DNA from: an uncultured delta proteobacterium
GTDB taxonomy: Bacteria; Desulfobacterota; Desulfobacteria; Desulfobacterales; JAHEIW01
Direction: 5' to 3'
Assembly (NCBI GenBank): GCA_963706575.1
Contig: CAVPNL010000009.1
Location: forward strand, 96,001 to 160,000
Length of the DNA: 64,000 nt
Of the stretch, positions 1 to 9,045 are shown piece after piece. The position numbers were made by a program, and so were the translations under genes. The notes below the pieces were generated by a model that worked only from the letters and a program-made list of their open reading frames with translations, searched no databases and was not told where the DNA came from. The stretch's first letter is position 1; the number at the start of each line of letters is the position of its first letter.

Positions 1-787
1 GATTGATGGCGATGTCGATCAGGATTTTGGCATTGCGCTGATGGACAGCGTCCACCAGTTCGATAAATTGCTCCAAGGGGGTGGCATGCGGATCAAATTC
101 AGCCAGCGCAGGGTCAACCGCGGTAAAGCTTAAAGCGGCATAGGGGCTGCCGAATCTTCCCATGCGCCCGTAGGTTGTTGGCGTGGGGTGAATTGGCAGC
201 AGCAAAAGAATGCGGCATCCCAATTCGCCGATAATAAAGTCGAGTTCTCCAATCAGGTCTCGAAAGGTCCCTGAGGGCGGAATCACTGCGTAGCCGTCGT
301 GATCGAGTTTTCGGACGCACTGTTCATCAGACGGGGACAACCGCCGGGTTCCGGCCATGTTGGCGCCGAACTGCCGCACAAACGCATTATAAATGATGTT
401 GGCGCAGCAGGCATCAGCTGGTTCAACATTGACGGCGGTGTTTGGCCCCGGCGGCCATGCGGGTTGTGCTGCGCCTTCTTTTAAGAAAAAACATTTGGCT
501 TCAAAATGACCCACCTCATACAATGGCAGGGTGGCTTCAAAACGCCCGTCATCTATCCGCTTCATGGGAATATCGAACCAGGCTCTTCCCAGAGGCGGTT
601 CATTTTTTTCAACTTCCCGGATAATTTCATTTCTAATAATTTTTGCATGACCGATATTGGTGCGCACCCAGGCGGTGCCTGACTGGGGTTGGGGCAACGT
701 CAGGGTCAAGGTCAGCAAATCCCCGCAGAAGCGGATCATCCGGCTTCCCGGTCGGGGGTCTTGGACTATCTGGGCGTCCTGGGTCAT
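1..787 (-). CDS. Glycogen debranching-type / amylo-alpha-1,6-glucosidase family protein, GH13 N-terminal part (runs off the window edge)
   Basis: Not in the ORF track because it lacks a stop in the window. Manual translation from ATG at 787: MTQDAQIVQDP...GTFRDLIGELDFII..LGCRILLLLPIHP...GRFGSPYAALSFTAVDP...FIELVDAVHQRNAKILIDIAIN, which carries the GH13 motifs LLPIHP, SPYA and DxxxN(H). Confidence 0.75.
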   Translation of the reverse strand, partial: MTQDAQIVQDPRPGSRMIRFCGDLLTLTLTLPQPQSGTAWVRTNIGHAKIIRNEIIREVEKNEPPLGRAWFDIPMKRIDDGRFEATLPLYEVGHFEAKCFFLKEGAAQPAWPPGPNTAVNVEPADACCANIIYNAFVRQFGANMAGTRRLSPSDEQCVRKLDHDGYAVIPPSGTFRDLIGELDFIIGELGCRILLLLPIHPTPTTYGRMGRFGSPYAALSFTAVDPALAEFDPHATPLEQFIELVDAVHQRNAKILIDIAIN

Positions 788-795
788 AATTCTTA

Positions 796-823
796 CCTAA
801 ATTGAGCGTTTCAAATTTTAAAA
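796..823. repeat. 28-bp motif CCTAAATTGAGCGTTTCAAATTTTAAAA, with an exact reverse-complement copy at 58683-58710
   Basis: Direct comparison, 28/28 identity. Confidence 0.85.
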
Positions 824-1104
824 AAGGATCATTTTTTGCTTTTCAGAATAAGATATTAAAATATAATATGAATTCTGAATTTGCAAAAATTTTTGTCACC
901 ATTTGTTCAAAGAAATTTTTAAGAACCTCAGCGGCGGTCAACCGATTGTAAAATTGAAATTTCTCTTGAAAAAATATAAATATAAGTATAAGAAATTTTT
1001 ATAGATTTATCAATCCGTCATTTTTTTGCAAACCGGTTTGTACAACGGTTCGAAAATCAAATTTAATCGTTACCCTGTTAGAAACCAGCTTAGGACGAGT
1101 AACT

Positions 1105-1533
1105 ATGAGATATCGTTTTGTGTTTATTTTGGGTGTCACTGTTGCCATCCAACTTTTTCTTTTGTTTCCAGTACATTTCCTGAAAGATGTCACTGTTGCC
1201 AATGCGGATCAGCTAAAATTGTTTGAGGCGGTAATGTGTGAAGAAATTTATTCCGATACCCCCCGAAACCCGACATCGGTGTTCTCCGCCGGTAAAGAAA
1301 AAGCGGTGTGCTTTTCGGTATTTGATCCGGTACCGCAAAAAACGGTCATTTACCACAACTGGTATCATCGCGATGTGCCGAGCGCTAGGATACGGCTGCA
1401 ACTCAAGCCACCCCGCTGGTCAACTTTCAGCAGTATTCAACTGCGCAAAACTGATATTGGTCCCTGGCGGGTAGAAATCACCGATGACACGGGTAATATC
1501 TTTGGGGTGTTACGATTTAGCGTGACGGATTAA
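1105..1533 (+). CDS. DUF2914-like exported protein
   Basis: N-terminal hydrophobic helix; motifs IYHNWY, PRWSTFSS and GPWRVEI. Confidence 0.7.
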   Translation: MRYRFVFILGVTVAIQLFLLFPVHFLKDVTVANADQLKLFEAVMCEEIYSDTPRNPTSVFSAGKEKAVCFSVFDPVPQKTVIYHNWYHRDVPSARIRLQLKPPRWSTFSSIQLRKTDIGPWRVEITDDTGNIFGVLRFSVTD

Positions 1534-1539
1534 CAGACC

Positions 1540-2973
1540 ATGGAAAAACTGTTTATTTTTTTATCCTCTATTCGCTGGCAGGATATAATTGATATCAGCT
1601 TGAACAGTTATATCCTTTTCCGATTTTACGTGCTTTTTAGAGGAACCAATGTTTTTCGGGTTCTCATCGGCATGACCGTCCTGTGGTTTTTACAGCGAAT
1701 TGCAATCTCGTTAGGTTTGATCGTCACCAGCTGGGTGGTCCAGGGCATTGTGGCTGTCGGTGCCATTATTATTATCGTTGTCTTCCGAAATGAAATCCGC
1801 CGGGTCCTGCAGGCGAAAAATTTAAAATCCATCCTTTGGGGACTGTCTTTAAAATCTGCCGTCACCCCGACGGAAATTATTGTCGAAAGTGTGTTTAGTA
1901 TGGCCAAAACCAAATGCGGTGCATTGATTGTGTTTCCGGGAAAAGAGGATTTGAGCGATGCGGTGCAGGGAGGCACACCATGGAGAGGGTTTATCACCAA
2001 AGAGATGATCACCAGCATATTCTGGCCGGACAATCCGGTGCATGATGGCGCGGCTATCGTTCAGGGAGATCAGATTAGCGTTGTGGGCGCGATTCTTCCT
2101 TTATCTCACCGGGATGATTTGCCGTCTTATTACGGTACCCGGCATCGCGCGGCTCTGGGACTGGCGGAGGCAACAGATGCCCTGGTTATTGTTGTGTCGG
2201 AAGAAAGAGGTGATGTGCTTGTTGCCAAGGGCAACCGCCTGCGAGAGATTCGGCGCAAACCGACGCTGGAACAAAATTTACAGGAGCATTTCGGGACCGC
2301 GGCCGTCAAGAAAGGGTTTGCCAGAAAGGAAGGGCTTGAAATAGCAGTAGCGGCACTGTTGTCCATGGTGTTCATCACCGGCATCTGGTTCAGTGTTTCC
2401 AGGGGGCAGGATACGCTGGTTTCCCTTGACATCCCCGTGGATTATACCAATCGACCGGACGGTACTGAAATTGTCGATACCTCGGTAAAATCCGTTAGTC
2501 TGGTATTAAGTGGATCAGGTGCTTTAGTGAAATCGGTTACACCGGATCAGGTCAATGTTCGATTGGATATCAGTAATGCGGTTATCGGTGAAAATTCTTT
2601 TGCCATTACACCGGATAACATTTCGCTGCCGCCCGGAATCGTGTTACGTGAAGTGACACCGCCGCTTATCGATGTCATTATGGATGAAACCATAAGAAAA
2701 CAATTACCGGTACAAATCGATTGGGCCGGAAAATTATCCCCGGATTTGATCCTGTTAGATTTTACGATGGATCCGGAAACGATTGTGATTATGGGCGGCA
2801 AGCGTATCCTTGAAAAAGTAACAACCATCTACACTGAAAAAGTCCCGCTGGATAATCTGACCGGCAAGGGTGAAATTACCGCGAAATTAGCGCTGAATCC
2901 GGCAGCGCTCAAAATCGCACCGGGTTCAAAAGATAAAGTCACGATTCAATACCTGATTCGAAAAAGAGAATAG
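1540..2973 (+). CDS. cdaA: Membrane diadenylate cyclase (CdaA/DisA_N) fused to C-terminal YbbR-like (CdaR) domains
   Basis: Three N-terminal TM helices, catalytic HDGA and GTRHRAALG motifs, VVSEERG; then a TM helix and YbbR-like beta domains. Confidence 0.85.
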   Translation: MEKLFIFLSSIRWQDIIDISLNSYILFRFYVLFRGTNVFRVLIGMTVLWFLQRIAISLGLIVTSWVVQGIVAVGAIIIIVVFRNEIRRVLQAKNLKSILWGLSLKSAVTPTEIIVESVFSMAKTKCGALIVFPGKEDLSDAVQGGTPWRGFITKEMITSIFWPDNPVHDGAAIVQGDQISVVGAILPLSHRDDLPSYYGTRHRAALGLAEATDALVIVVSEERGDVLVAKGNRLREIRRKPTLEQNLQEHFGTAAVKKGFARKEGLEIAVAALLSMVFITGIWFSVSRGQDTLVSLDIPVDYTNRPDGTEIVDTSVKSVSLVLSGSGALVKSVTPDQVNVRLDISNAVIGENSFAITPDNISLPPGIVLREVTPPLIDVIMDETIRKQLPVQIDWAGKLSPDLILLDFTMDPETIVIMGGKRILEKVTTIYTEKVPLDNLTGKGEITAKLALNPAALKIAPGSKDKVTIQYLIRKRE

Positions 2974-3077
2974 TAGATTGCGAATTGTGGATTTCGGATT
3001 GCAGATTGCGGAATAAAAGGCAGAGCGCTCTTATTTTTTGTGCTTTGTGCCATGCGCTGTTTTCTATGCGCTATGCT
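2973..3077. repeat. Heptamer tandem arrays (GxGGATT-type, then TxTGCGC-type)
   Basis: gtagatt gcgaatt gtggatt tcggatt gcagatt gcggaat ... tttgtgc tttgtgc catgcgc ... tatgcgc tatgc. Confidence 0.7.
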
Positions 3078-3117
3078 TCAGTTTGAGAGAGCGACTTCGG
3101 AAAGATAAGTTAGAAGC

Positions 3118-4521
3118 TTAGAAGACAATGTCTCGGTCAATGACCGTTCCCTTTTTGATGACAGCCGGGGAGTCGTGGCTGTTTTTAATCGACACGCTGT
3201 CTTTGATCGTGACATCGCCTTCAAAATAGACATCGCCTTCGATGTTGAGGGAGTCGCAATTCACCAGAGACGGCAGCCCTTTTTTAAAACGCTCTTCCAG
3301 AAGATCAATTTTTCCATAAAAATTCGGATCCAGCCTGATTTTGATGGTGTCCGCTCTACTTGTCGACCCGCGTTTCGGGTTTATCTTCAGATTATTTTTT
3401 TCTCCCAGGACATAACAATCTGAACGTAGGGCCAGCAGGTCATTGCACGATTTAACCGGGAAAAATCGGGATCGTGGAACCCTGACAGCCGTCGTGTTTT
3501 TAAAAAGTGAAATGGCCGCTCCCATGGCAGTTTCAATCTGGAATACCGGCGGACTGCTTTCATTTCGGGGGTCCACCGTTTTCGGGTTGAGGATCATCGG
3601 AAGGCGAGCGGTGTGTTCTTTTTCAAACAGCGTTTTTAAGGATTCTAAATTGATCCAGATGTTATTGGTGTTGAAAAAACGGTAGCGGGTAATATCCTGA
3701 AATGCCGCTATTTCCTCCCGGGGGCACTGGGCGGCCTCACGCAAAAGTAGTCGCCCATTATGATGTCTGGCAAGATGTCCGCCTTTTATATCCGCCGGCG
3801 TTTTTTCAGCCACCTCCATCATAAATGAGAATCCGTGTTCTACGAAATAACCCAGCAACGATTCTTCCATGCGGGCCCCGAGATTATCCAGATTGTGGAT
3901 AAACGCATACTGCATGTCGTTTTCCAGCAGATGCTTCAACATCCCGGAGGTATTGAGGGCCGTAAACACGTCACCGTGGCCCGGCGGATTCCACTCCATT
4001 TCAGGATTTTGCGGCCATGTTGCCGGAGCCAGGTCCTGCTGCCGGATTTTGGGGAACTTGTGCTGGATAAATTGAAGCGGAGTTGGGGAAGGTTTCAGTT
4101 TTGATAATGCCGCCCGGGTTGCATCCTGGGTGTTAAAGCTATTCATTAAACCCAGCTGAGCCCCGCTGTTCTCGGCCTGCTTCAAGATAATTTCAAGGAA
4201 CGTTTTTCCGTTTTTAGCTTCGATTAATGACTTGGGTCCGGTCAACCCCATGGTGGTTCCCAGACCGCCGTTTAAAACAATTCTTACGGAATGCTTAAAT
4301 GCGCGTTGACCGGCAGCGGCATATTTATTTAGATTTTTATAATCTTCTATTTCACGGGCTTCAACCGGTTGAATCTCCCGATCGTACACCAGGCCGGTTT
4401 CACCGGTCAGCATCTTGTTGTAGTAATATGCGAATGTTTCAATTACCAGAGGCTGCAGCCCTTCGTGTTGCATTTTTTCGACAAAGGCAGACAGATGGTC
4501 TTCAGCCTCCGGACGTCCCAT
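3118..4521 (-). CDS. UTP--glucose-1-phosphate uridylyltransferase, eukaryote-like UGPase family (not GalU type)
   Basis: LNGGLGTTMGLTGPKS, WNPPGHGD, NLDNLGA, FNTNNIW, QIETAMG and RFFPVK motifs. Confidence 0.9.
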   Translation of the reverse strand: MGRPEAEDHLSAFVEKMQHEGLQPLVIETFAYYYNKMLTGETGLVYDREIQPVEAREIEDYKNLNKYAAAGQRAFKHSVRIVLNGGLGTTMGLTGPKSLIEAKNGKTFLEIILKQAENSGAQLGLMNSFNTQDATRAALSKLKPSPTPLQFIQHKFPKIRQQDLAPATWPQNPEMEWNPPGHGDVFTALNTSGMLKHLLENDMQYAFIHNLDNLGARMEESLLGYFVEHGFSFMMEVAEKTPADIKGGHLARHHNGRLLLREAAQCPREEIAAFQDITRYRFFNTNNIWINLESLKTLFEKEHTARLPMILNPKTVDPRNESSPPVFQIETAMGAAISLFKNTTAVRVPRSRFFPVKSCNDLLALRSDCYVLGEKNNLKINPKRGSTSRADTIKIRLDPNFYGKIDLLEERFKKGLPSLVNCDSLNIEGDVYFEGDVTIKDSVSIKNSHDSPAVIKKGTVIDRDIVF

Positions 4522-4540
4522 TAATGTCTCCTACGGTTTT

Positions 4541-4575
4541 AATCCGCAATCCGAATTCCGCATTCCGCAATCAAG
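4541..4575. repeat. Heptamer array AATCCGC overlapping the ilvE stop codon
   Basis: aatccgc aatccga attccgc attccgc aatcaag. Confidence 0.75.
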
Positions 4576-5635
4576 CAACGGGCACAATCCACCCCAGCGG
4601 GTCTTCGGCTTTGCCGTATTGGATATCGGTGATGGCTTTGTAATATTTTCGGGCAACCGGACCGACCTCACCGCCGGCAATGGTGATCACCTGATCGCCG
4701 GATTTAATCTCCCCAACCGGAGAGATAACCGCGGCTGTTCCGGAGCCGAAAACTTCCTGCAGCTTACCGTTGGCGTTAGCCTCCATTAATTCATCGATGC
4801 TGATTTTTCTCTCTGATACTTTATCGTTCCAGTGTTTGGCCAGCTTGATCACCGAATCCCTGGTGATGCCCGGCAGAATGCTTCCGTTTAACTCGGGGGT
4901 GACGATTTCATCTTCTATTACAAAAAAGATGTTCATGGAGCCGACTTCTTCAAGATATTTTTGCTCGACGCCATCCAGCCACAGCACCTGAGAATACCCT
5001 TCTTTGTGGGCTTTTTCAGCTGCCAGGATGCTGGCTGCGTAGTTGCCGGGCGTTTTGGCTTCGCCCACCCCACCGCGCACCGCTCGAACGTATTCATGGC
5101 TCACCAGAATTTTTACCGGGCTAAATCCTTCGGGGTAGTAGGCTCCAACCGGTGAAAGAATAATATAGTACCGATAGTTAAATGATGCCCGCACGCCGAT
5201 ATAAGGATCCGTGGCGATTAGAGTGGGCCGGATGTAAAGAGAGGTTTCGGGCTCGCCTGGAACCCAGTCTTTTTCCATTGTGAGAAGCTGTTTGAGAATG
5301 TCAAGGGCCAAGGCCTCGTCGATTTCCGGCATACACAAGCGCCGGCAGGAGCGACTCAAGCGTTTGAAATTTTCCTGGGGCCTGAAAAGCTGGATATTTC
5401 CGGAGTCGGTTCGATAGGCTTTCAGTCCCTCGAAAGCGCCCTGAGCATAATGCAGAAACATGGTTGACGGATCCAATGCCATGGGCGCATAAGGCTCGAT
5501 GCGAAAAGAGTGCCATCCCTTGTCCGGGGTATAATCCATAATAAACATATGATCGGTAAATAGGGTACCAAAACCGAGCTTGGATTGGTCCGGTTTTTCT
5601 TTTAACTTTTCAGTCTTTGTCACGGTCAATTCCAT
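4571..5635 (-). CDS. ilvE: Branched-chain amino acid aminotransferase
   Basis: LGFGTLFTDHM, LHYAQGAFEGLKAY, AKTPGNYA, EEVGSMN, ILPGITRDS and FGSGTAAVISPV; start moved to ATG 5635 behind GGAGGA. Confidence 0.95.
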   Translation of the reverse strand: MELTVTKTEKLKEKPDQSKLGFGTLFTDHMFIMDYTPDKGWHSFRIEPYAPMALDPSTMFLHYAQGAFEGLKAYRTDSGNIQLFRPQENFKRLSRSCRRLCMPEIDEALALDILKQLLTMEKDWVPGEPETSLYIRPTLIATDPYIGVRASFNYRYYIILSPVGAYYPEGFSPVKILVSHEYVRAVRGGVGEAKTPGNYAASILAAEKAHKEGYSQVLWLDGVEQKYLEEVGSMNIFFVIEDEIVTPELNGSILPGITRDSVIKLAKHWNDKVSERKISIDELMEANANGKLQEVFGSGTAAVISPVGEIKSGDQVITIAGGEVGPVARKYYKAITDIQYGKAEDPLGWIVPVA

Positions 5636-5731
5636 GGAGTCCTCCCGTAAAATATTTAGTTTGATGCTCACTAATCGATATATTATATTTGCCTCATAAA
5701 TCAAGAATTAAGTTATCTTCACAAAGATAAA

Positions 5732-5885
5732 GGTTTCAGGTGTCGGGTGTCAGCAAACAGATGGCAGTCGACAACGAGTAGGGTCGGCCTCTGTGCCGAC
5801 CTCTGGCCGGCGGGCGCAGAGGCCCGCCCTACTTCTGAACCTATGAACCGGAACTCTGAACCGATGTGCACTGACACCGAAAACC
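5732..5885. repeat. Composite element: GGTGTCA heptamer inverted arms enclosing a GTAG-type REP doublet (5778-5832)
   Basis: ggtttca ggtgtcg ggtgtca g ... GTAGGGTCGGCCTCTGTGCCGACC-tctggcc-GGCGGGCGCAGAGGCCCGCCCTAC ... ctgacac cgaaaac c; REP relatives at 6843-6927 and 34576-34630. Confidence 0.8.
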
Positions 5886-6002
5886 ATTTAAATGGGCAAA
5901 TCGGTTTATTGACTTTGTCGGCTGCCTCATATATAGACGCACACTTGCAGCGGAGGACCTGCCTTTATTTGCAAGAAGGGTTTTGTATGAAAGGATTTTA
6001 AA

Positions 6003-6800
6003 ATGAGTGATAGTGATCGTATGGCCAATGTCGAACCGGTTCGACTTGGCCCGCAAAGTCAGTTTAAGTTTAAGTGTCACCCCGGGATTGAATGTTTCAC
6101 GCAGTGCTGCCGGGATATTAATATCATCCTGACGCCCTATGATATTATTCGTCTTAAAAATAAGCTGGATCTGCCTTCCGATGAATTTTTAGCCTTATAT
6201 ACCGAAGCGCAACTGCTGGAAAAAACAGGCCTGCCGGTGATTACCCTTAAGTTTTTGGAGGAAGAAGATAAAGATGCGGACAGCAAGTTGTGCCCCTTCG
6301 TCAGAGAAACCGGTTGTCTGGTTTACGATGATCGGCCGACCACCTGCCGCTATTATCCCCTGGGTGTTGCCTCGCTAAGCCACAAGGAAGATGCGGATGG
6401 AGAGGAGTTCTATTTTTTTGTTCACGAACCTCACTGTCTGGGGTTTAAAGAAGACAAACTCTGGACGGTTAAGGAATGGCGCAAAGATCAAGGGGTTGAT
6501 ATTCACGACGAAATCAATGCGGAATGGACCGATTTGCTGGTGCGAAAGCGGTCTTTCCCGCCCAATATGCAGCTTACCGAACAGACCAAAAAGATGTTTT
6601 TTCTGGCCAGCTATAACCTGGATAAATTTCGGGAGTTTGTTTTTGAAAGTTCGTTTTTGGACCGCTACGAAGTTGAAAAAGCGACTCTTAATCGGATTAA
6701 GGATGACGAAATCGAGCTGCTAAAATTTGGTTTGACGTGGCTTAAATGGCTGCTGTTTAAAGAAGGTGATTTCAAAATGAAGGCAGACGCTGAAAAATAG
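6003..6800 (+). CDS. YkgJ-family cysteine-cluster (Zn/Fe-chelating) protein
   Basis: FKCHPGIECFTQCC...CPFV..GCLVYDDRPTTCRYYP motif. Confidence 0.85.
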   Translation: MSDSDRMANVEPVRLGPQSQFKFKCHPGIECFTQCCRDINIILTPYDIIRLKNKLDLPSDEFLALYTEAQLLEKTGLPVITLKFLEEEDKDADSKLCPFVRETGCLVYDDRPTTCRYYPLGVASLSHKEDADGEEFYFFVHEPHCLGFKEDKLWTVKEWRKDQGVDIHDEINAEWTDLLVRKRSFPPNMQLTEQTKKMFFLASYNLDKFREFVFESSFLDRYEVEKATLNRIKDDEIELLKFGLTWLKWLLFKEGDFKMKADAEK

Positions 6801-6818
6801 GTATCTGGTCTTATTTGT

Positions 6819-6953
6819 TTACCACAGAGTTCACAGAGAAAAGTAGGGTGGTCCTCCGTGGCCGCCGGTTTGGGTCGGCACCCGTCTTCGCTAAAGCTTC
6901 GCCGCGCCACGCAGAGGCCGACCCTACTTTAATTAACGATTTGACCATTGGAC
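6819..6953. repeat. ACCACAGAG arm, GTAG-REP interrupted by a 31-nt insert (6882-6912), and an octamer array
   Basis: accacagag ttcacagag; GTAGGGTGGTCC...GGTCGGCAC[ccgtcttcgctaaagcttcgccgcgccacgc]AGAGGCCGACCCTAC; aattaacg atttgacc attggacg. Confidence 0.75.
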
Positions 6954-6958
6954 GAAGA

Positions 6959-7993
6959 TCAATATTCTTCGTAAGCCAACCCCTCCCAATACTTCTCGTT
7001 TTCCAGCCGCTCGGCAATATCCACATTAAAAAATTCCGCCACCGGTTGCAGTATTTCCGGTGTGGTTGCCTGCACAGTGCGCACGGCATCCAGCACGGTT
7101 TGCAATCCGTTTTGCGTCATTTTTCCCAGCGGCTGTCGGCACATCCCCGACGGCATGCCTAAAATAGACATCAGGGCTTTGTAAGCCAGCGGATTTCGAG
7201 CCCGGCAGGACACGTCACCATAAGGGGTCTGCTCGGTTGTTTTTACCGTTACCAGATTGAAAAGGGGCTCCAGGTTCTGCATCAGCGATTGGGCCTCAGA
7301 GGGGTTGCCTTCGTTGAGCAATTGAACCATTTGGGTAACCGCTTTTGGAGCCACGTTGGAGGCGACCGAGATTACCCCGGCGGCTTTGACCTGAGGGTCC
7401 GTCATCATTTCGTATGTCATGCCGTCATCGCCGGATAAAATCATAAAATCAGGCCCGCAGCATTCCCGGGTGCGCTTCATGTTATCGATGCTGGCGGTCG
7501 CTTCCTTTACCGTCCTGACATTGGGATATTCTTTATACAACAGGGCCAGATCCGGCGGAAATAATTGGGTTCCTGTCCGGCCCGGAATGACGTAAGGAAT
7601 AATGTCAAGGTCTTTATAGGCAGCCGCGATCGGGGCAACGTATTCTTTTCGAATTTCAAGGGAGCTGGGACCATTGTAATACGGCTCCACAAGCAATACG
7701 GCATCGGCCCCGACTTCAGCTGCGTGCTGGGTTGCCGCAAGGGACTCAGCGGTATTGTTGCTTCCGGTGCCAGCAATGCACAGACACTTGCCCTTGGTCT
7801 TTTGGGCAATCGTTTCGGTTACCTTATTATGTTCATCCCACGTGAGAACCGGGCTTTCCCCTGTGGTTCCAACTGCCAGAATGCCGGTGATGCCGTTTTG
7901 GATTTGAAAATCGGCCAGTTTTTCCAGGCCTTCGTAGTCAACAGCATTGTTTTTAAACGGTGTGATGATTGCGGTATAGCATCCTGCTTTCAT
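6959..7993 (-). CDS. dapA: 4-hydroxy-tetrahydrodipicolinate synthase
   Basis: TAIITPF, GTTGES, AGTGSNNT, PYYN, YVIPGRTG, VKEA and LSGDD; probable start ATG 7993. Confidence 0.9.
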   Translation of the reverse strand: MKAGCYTAIITPFKNNAVDYEGLEKLADFQIQNGITGILAVGTTGESPVLTWDEHNKVTETIAQKTKGKCLCIAGTGSNNTAESLAATQHAAEVGADAVLLVEPYYNGPSSLEIRKEYVAPIAAAYKDLDIIPYVIPGRTGTQLFPPDLALLYKEYPNVRTVKEATASIDNMKRTRECCGPDFMILSGDDGMTYEMMTDPQVKAAGVISVASNVAPKAVTQMVQLLNEGNPSEAQSLMQNLEPLFNLVTVKTTEQTPYGDVSCRARNPLAYKALMSILGMPSGMCRQPLGKMTQNGLQTVLDAVRTVQATTPEILQPVAEFFNVDIAERLENEKYWEGLAYEEY

Positions 7994-8242
7994 GATAACC
8001 CCCATTGCTAGTAAATAAGCGTTAATGTGCGGCAATTATTTCTGCCGCAGTTTATGAATAAAAACGGTAGTTAAAAGGCAATTTGATGTCAAGCAAAAAG
8101 ATAAGAATGATTCAGATAGCTTGAAAAAGTCAGATTTATCCTGTACTAGCATGAAACTTGCTTCAGGCGCTTATATTTTGACAAATACAGAATTGATCCT
8201 TAATATCAGCGCCAGAAAAAAATGATAAAAGGATTCAAGTTC

Positions 8243-8869
8243 ATGACAAAAGCCAAAAACGCAGATGAATTTATTGCCCACCAGCGGCAGGCCATCGCGC
8301 AAAATCCGGAATGCGGCAATTCCCATTACAACCTGGCAGTTGCCTTAATGGGTCAGAAACAATATGATGAAGCCGAGAAGCACCTTTATGAAGCCATCGA
8401 ATGCAGTCAGGGCCTGGTCGAAGCCTATGTTGCCCTCGGCGGGATCGCATTACAGCGCGGCGATCTTGACGGCTGCTTGGCCCACAATCGATCGGCCGTC
8501 AAAGCCAGACCCGGCTTTTCCGAGGGCTGGGGAAACATCGGCTTTATCGAACTTCAAAAAGGCAACATCGACGAAGCGATCACGGCGCTTGAAAAAGCGA
8601 CGACATTTAACTTCAGGTATGTTCAGGCCTTTGCCAATCTGGCCAATGCCTATTTAATCAAAGGCATGATTGATGAAAGCATCGAGGCCAATTTGAAAGC
8701 CTTGAAGCTTCACCCGGATTTTGCACCGGCCCACCATAATCTGGCCATCGCCTATCTTGAAAAAGGAGAAGCCAAAGCAGCCATCGAACACTGCGAGAAG
8801 GCCGTGGCGTTAGGGTATGAGGTTCCGCCCGAAATATTAAAAGAAATCGAAGAACTCAAAAAAGAATAA
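8243..8869 (+). CDS. Tetratricopeptide repeat protein
   Basis: About five TPR units (e.g. HYNLAVAL, WGNIG, AFANLANAY, AHHNLAIAY); alternative start 8222. Confidence 0.9.
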   Translation: MTKAKNADEFIAHQRQAIAQNPECGNSHYNLAVALMGQKQYDEAEKHLYEAIECSQGLVEAYVALGGIALQRGDLDGCLAHNRSAVKARPGFSEGWGNIGFIELQKGNIDEAITALEKATTFNFRYVQAFANLANAYLIKGMIDESIEANLKALKLHPDFAPAHHNLAIAYLEKGEAKAAIEHCEKAVALGYEVPPEILKEIEELKKE

Positions 8870-9038
8870 ATTGTTTGATTGGTCTAATTGGTTACATTGG
8901 TTTAATTTGTTCGTGCTGTTTTCAAAAACTTCAAAATTGATTGTATTTGAAACTTCCGCCTAAAGCCCGACTGCAGCTTTTGATGTTTTTACAAACCAAT
9001 TAAACCAATCGAACTAATAAAACCAAGTCAACCAAACA
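8867..9038. repeat. Nonamer (TAATTGGTT / AACCAATTA) inverted-arm element
   Basis: taaattgtt tgattggtc taattggtt acattggtt taatttgtt ... aaaccaatt aaaccaatc gaactaata aaaccaagt caaccaaac. Confidence 0.8.
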
Positions 9039-9045
9039 CATTTTA

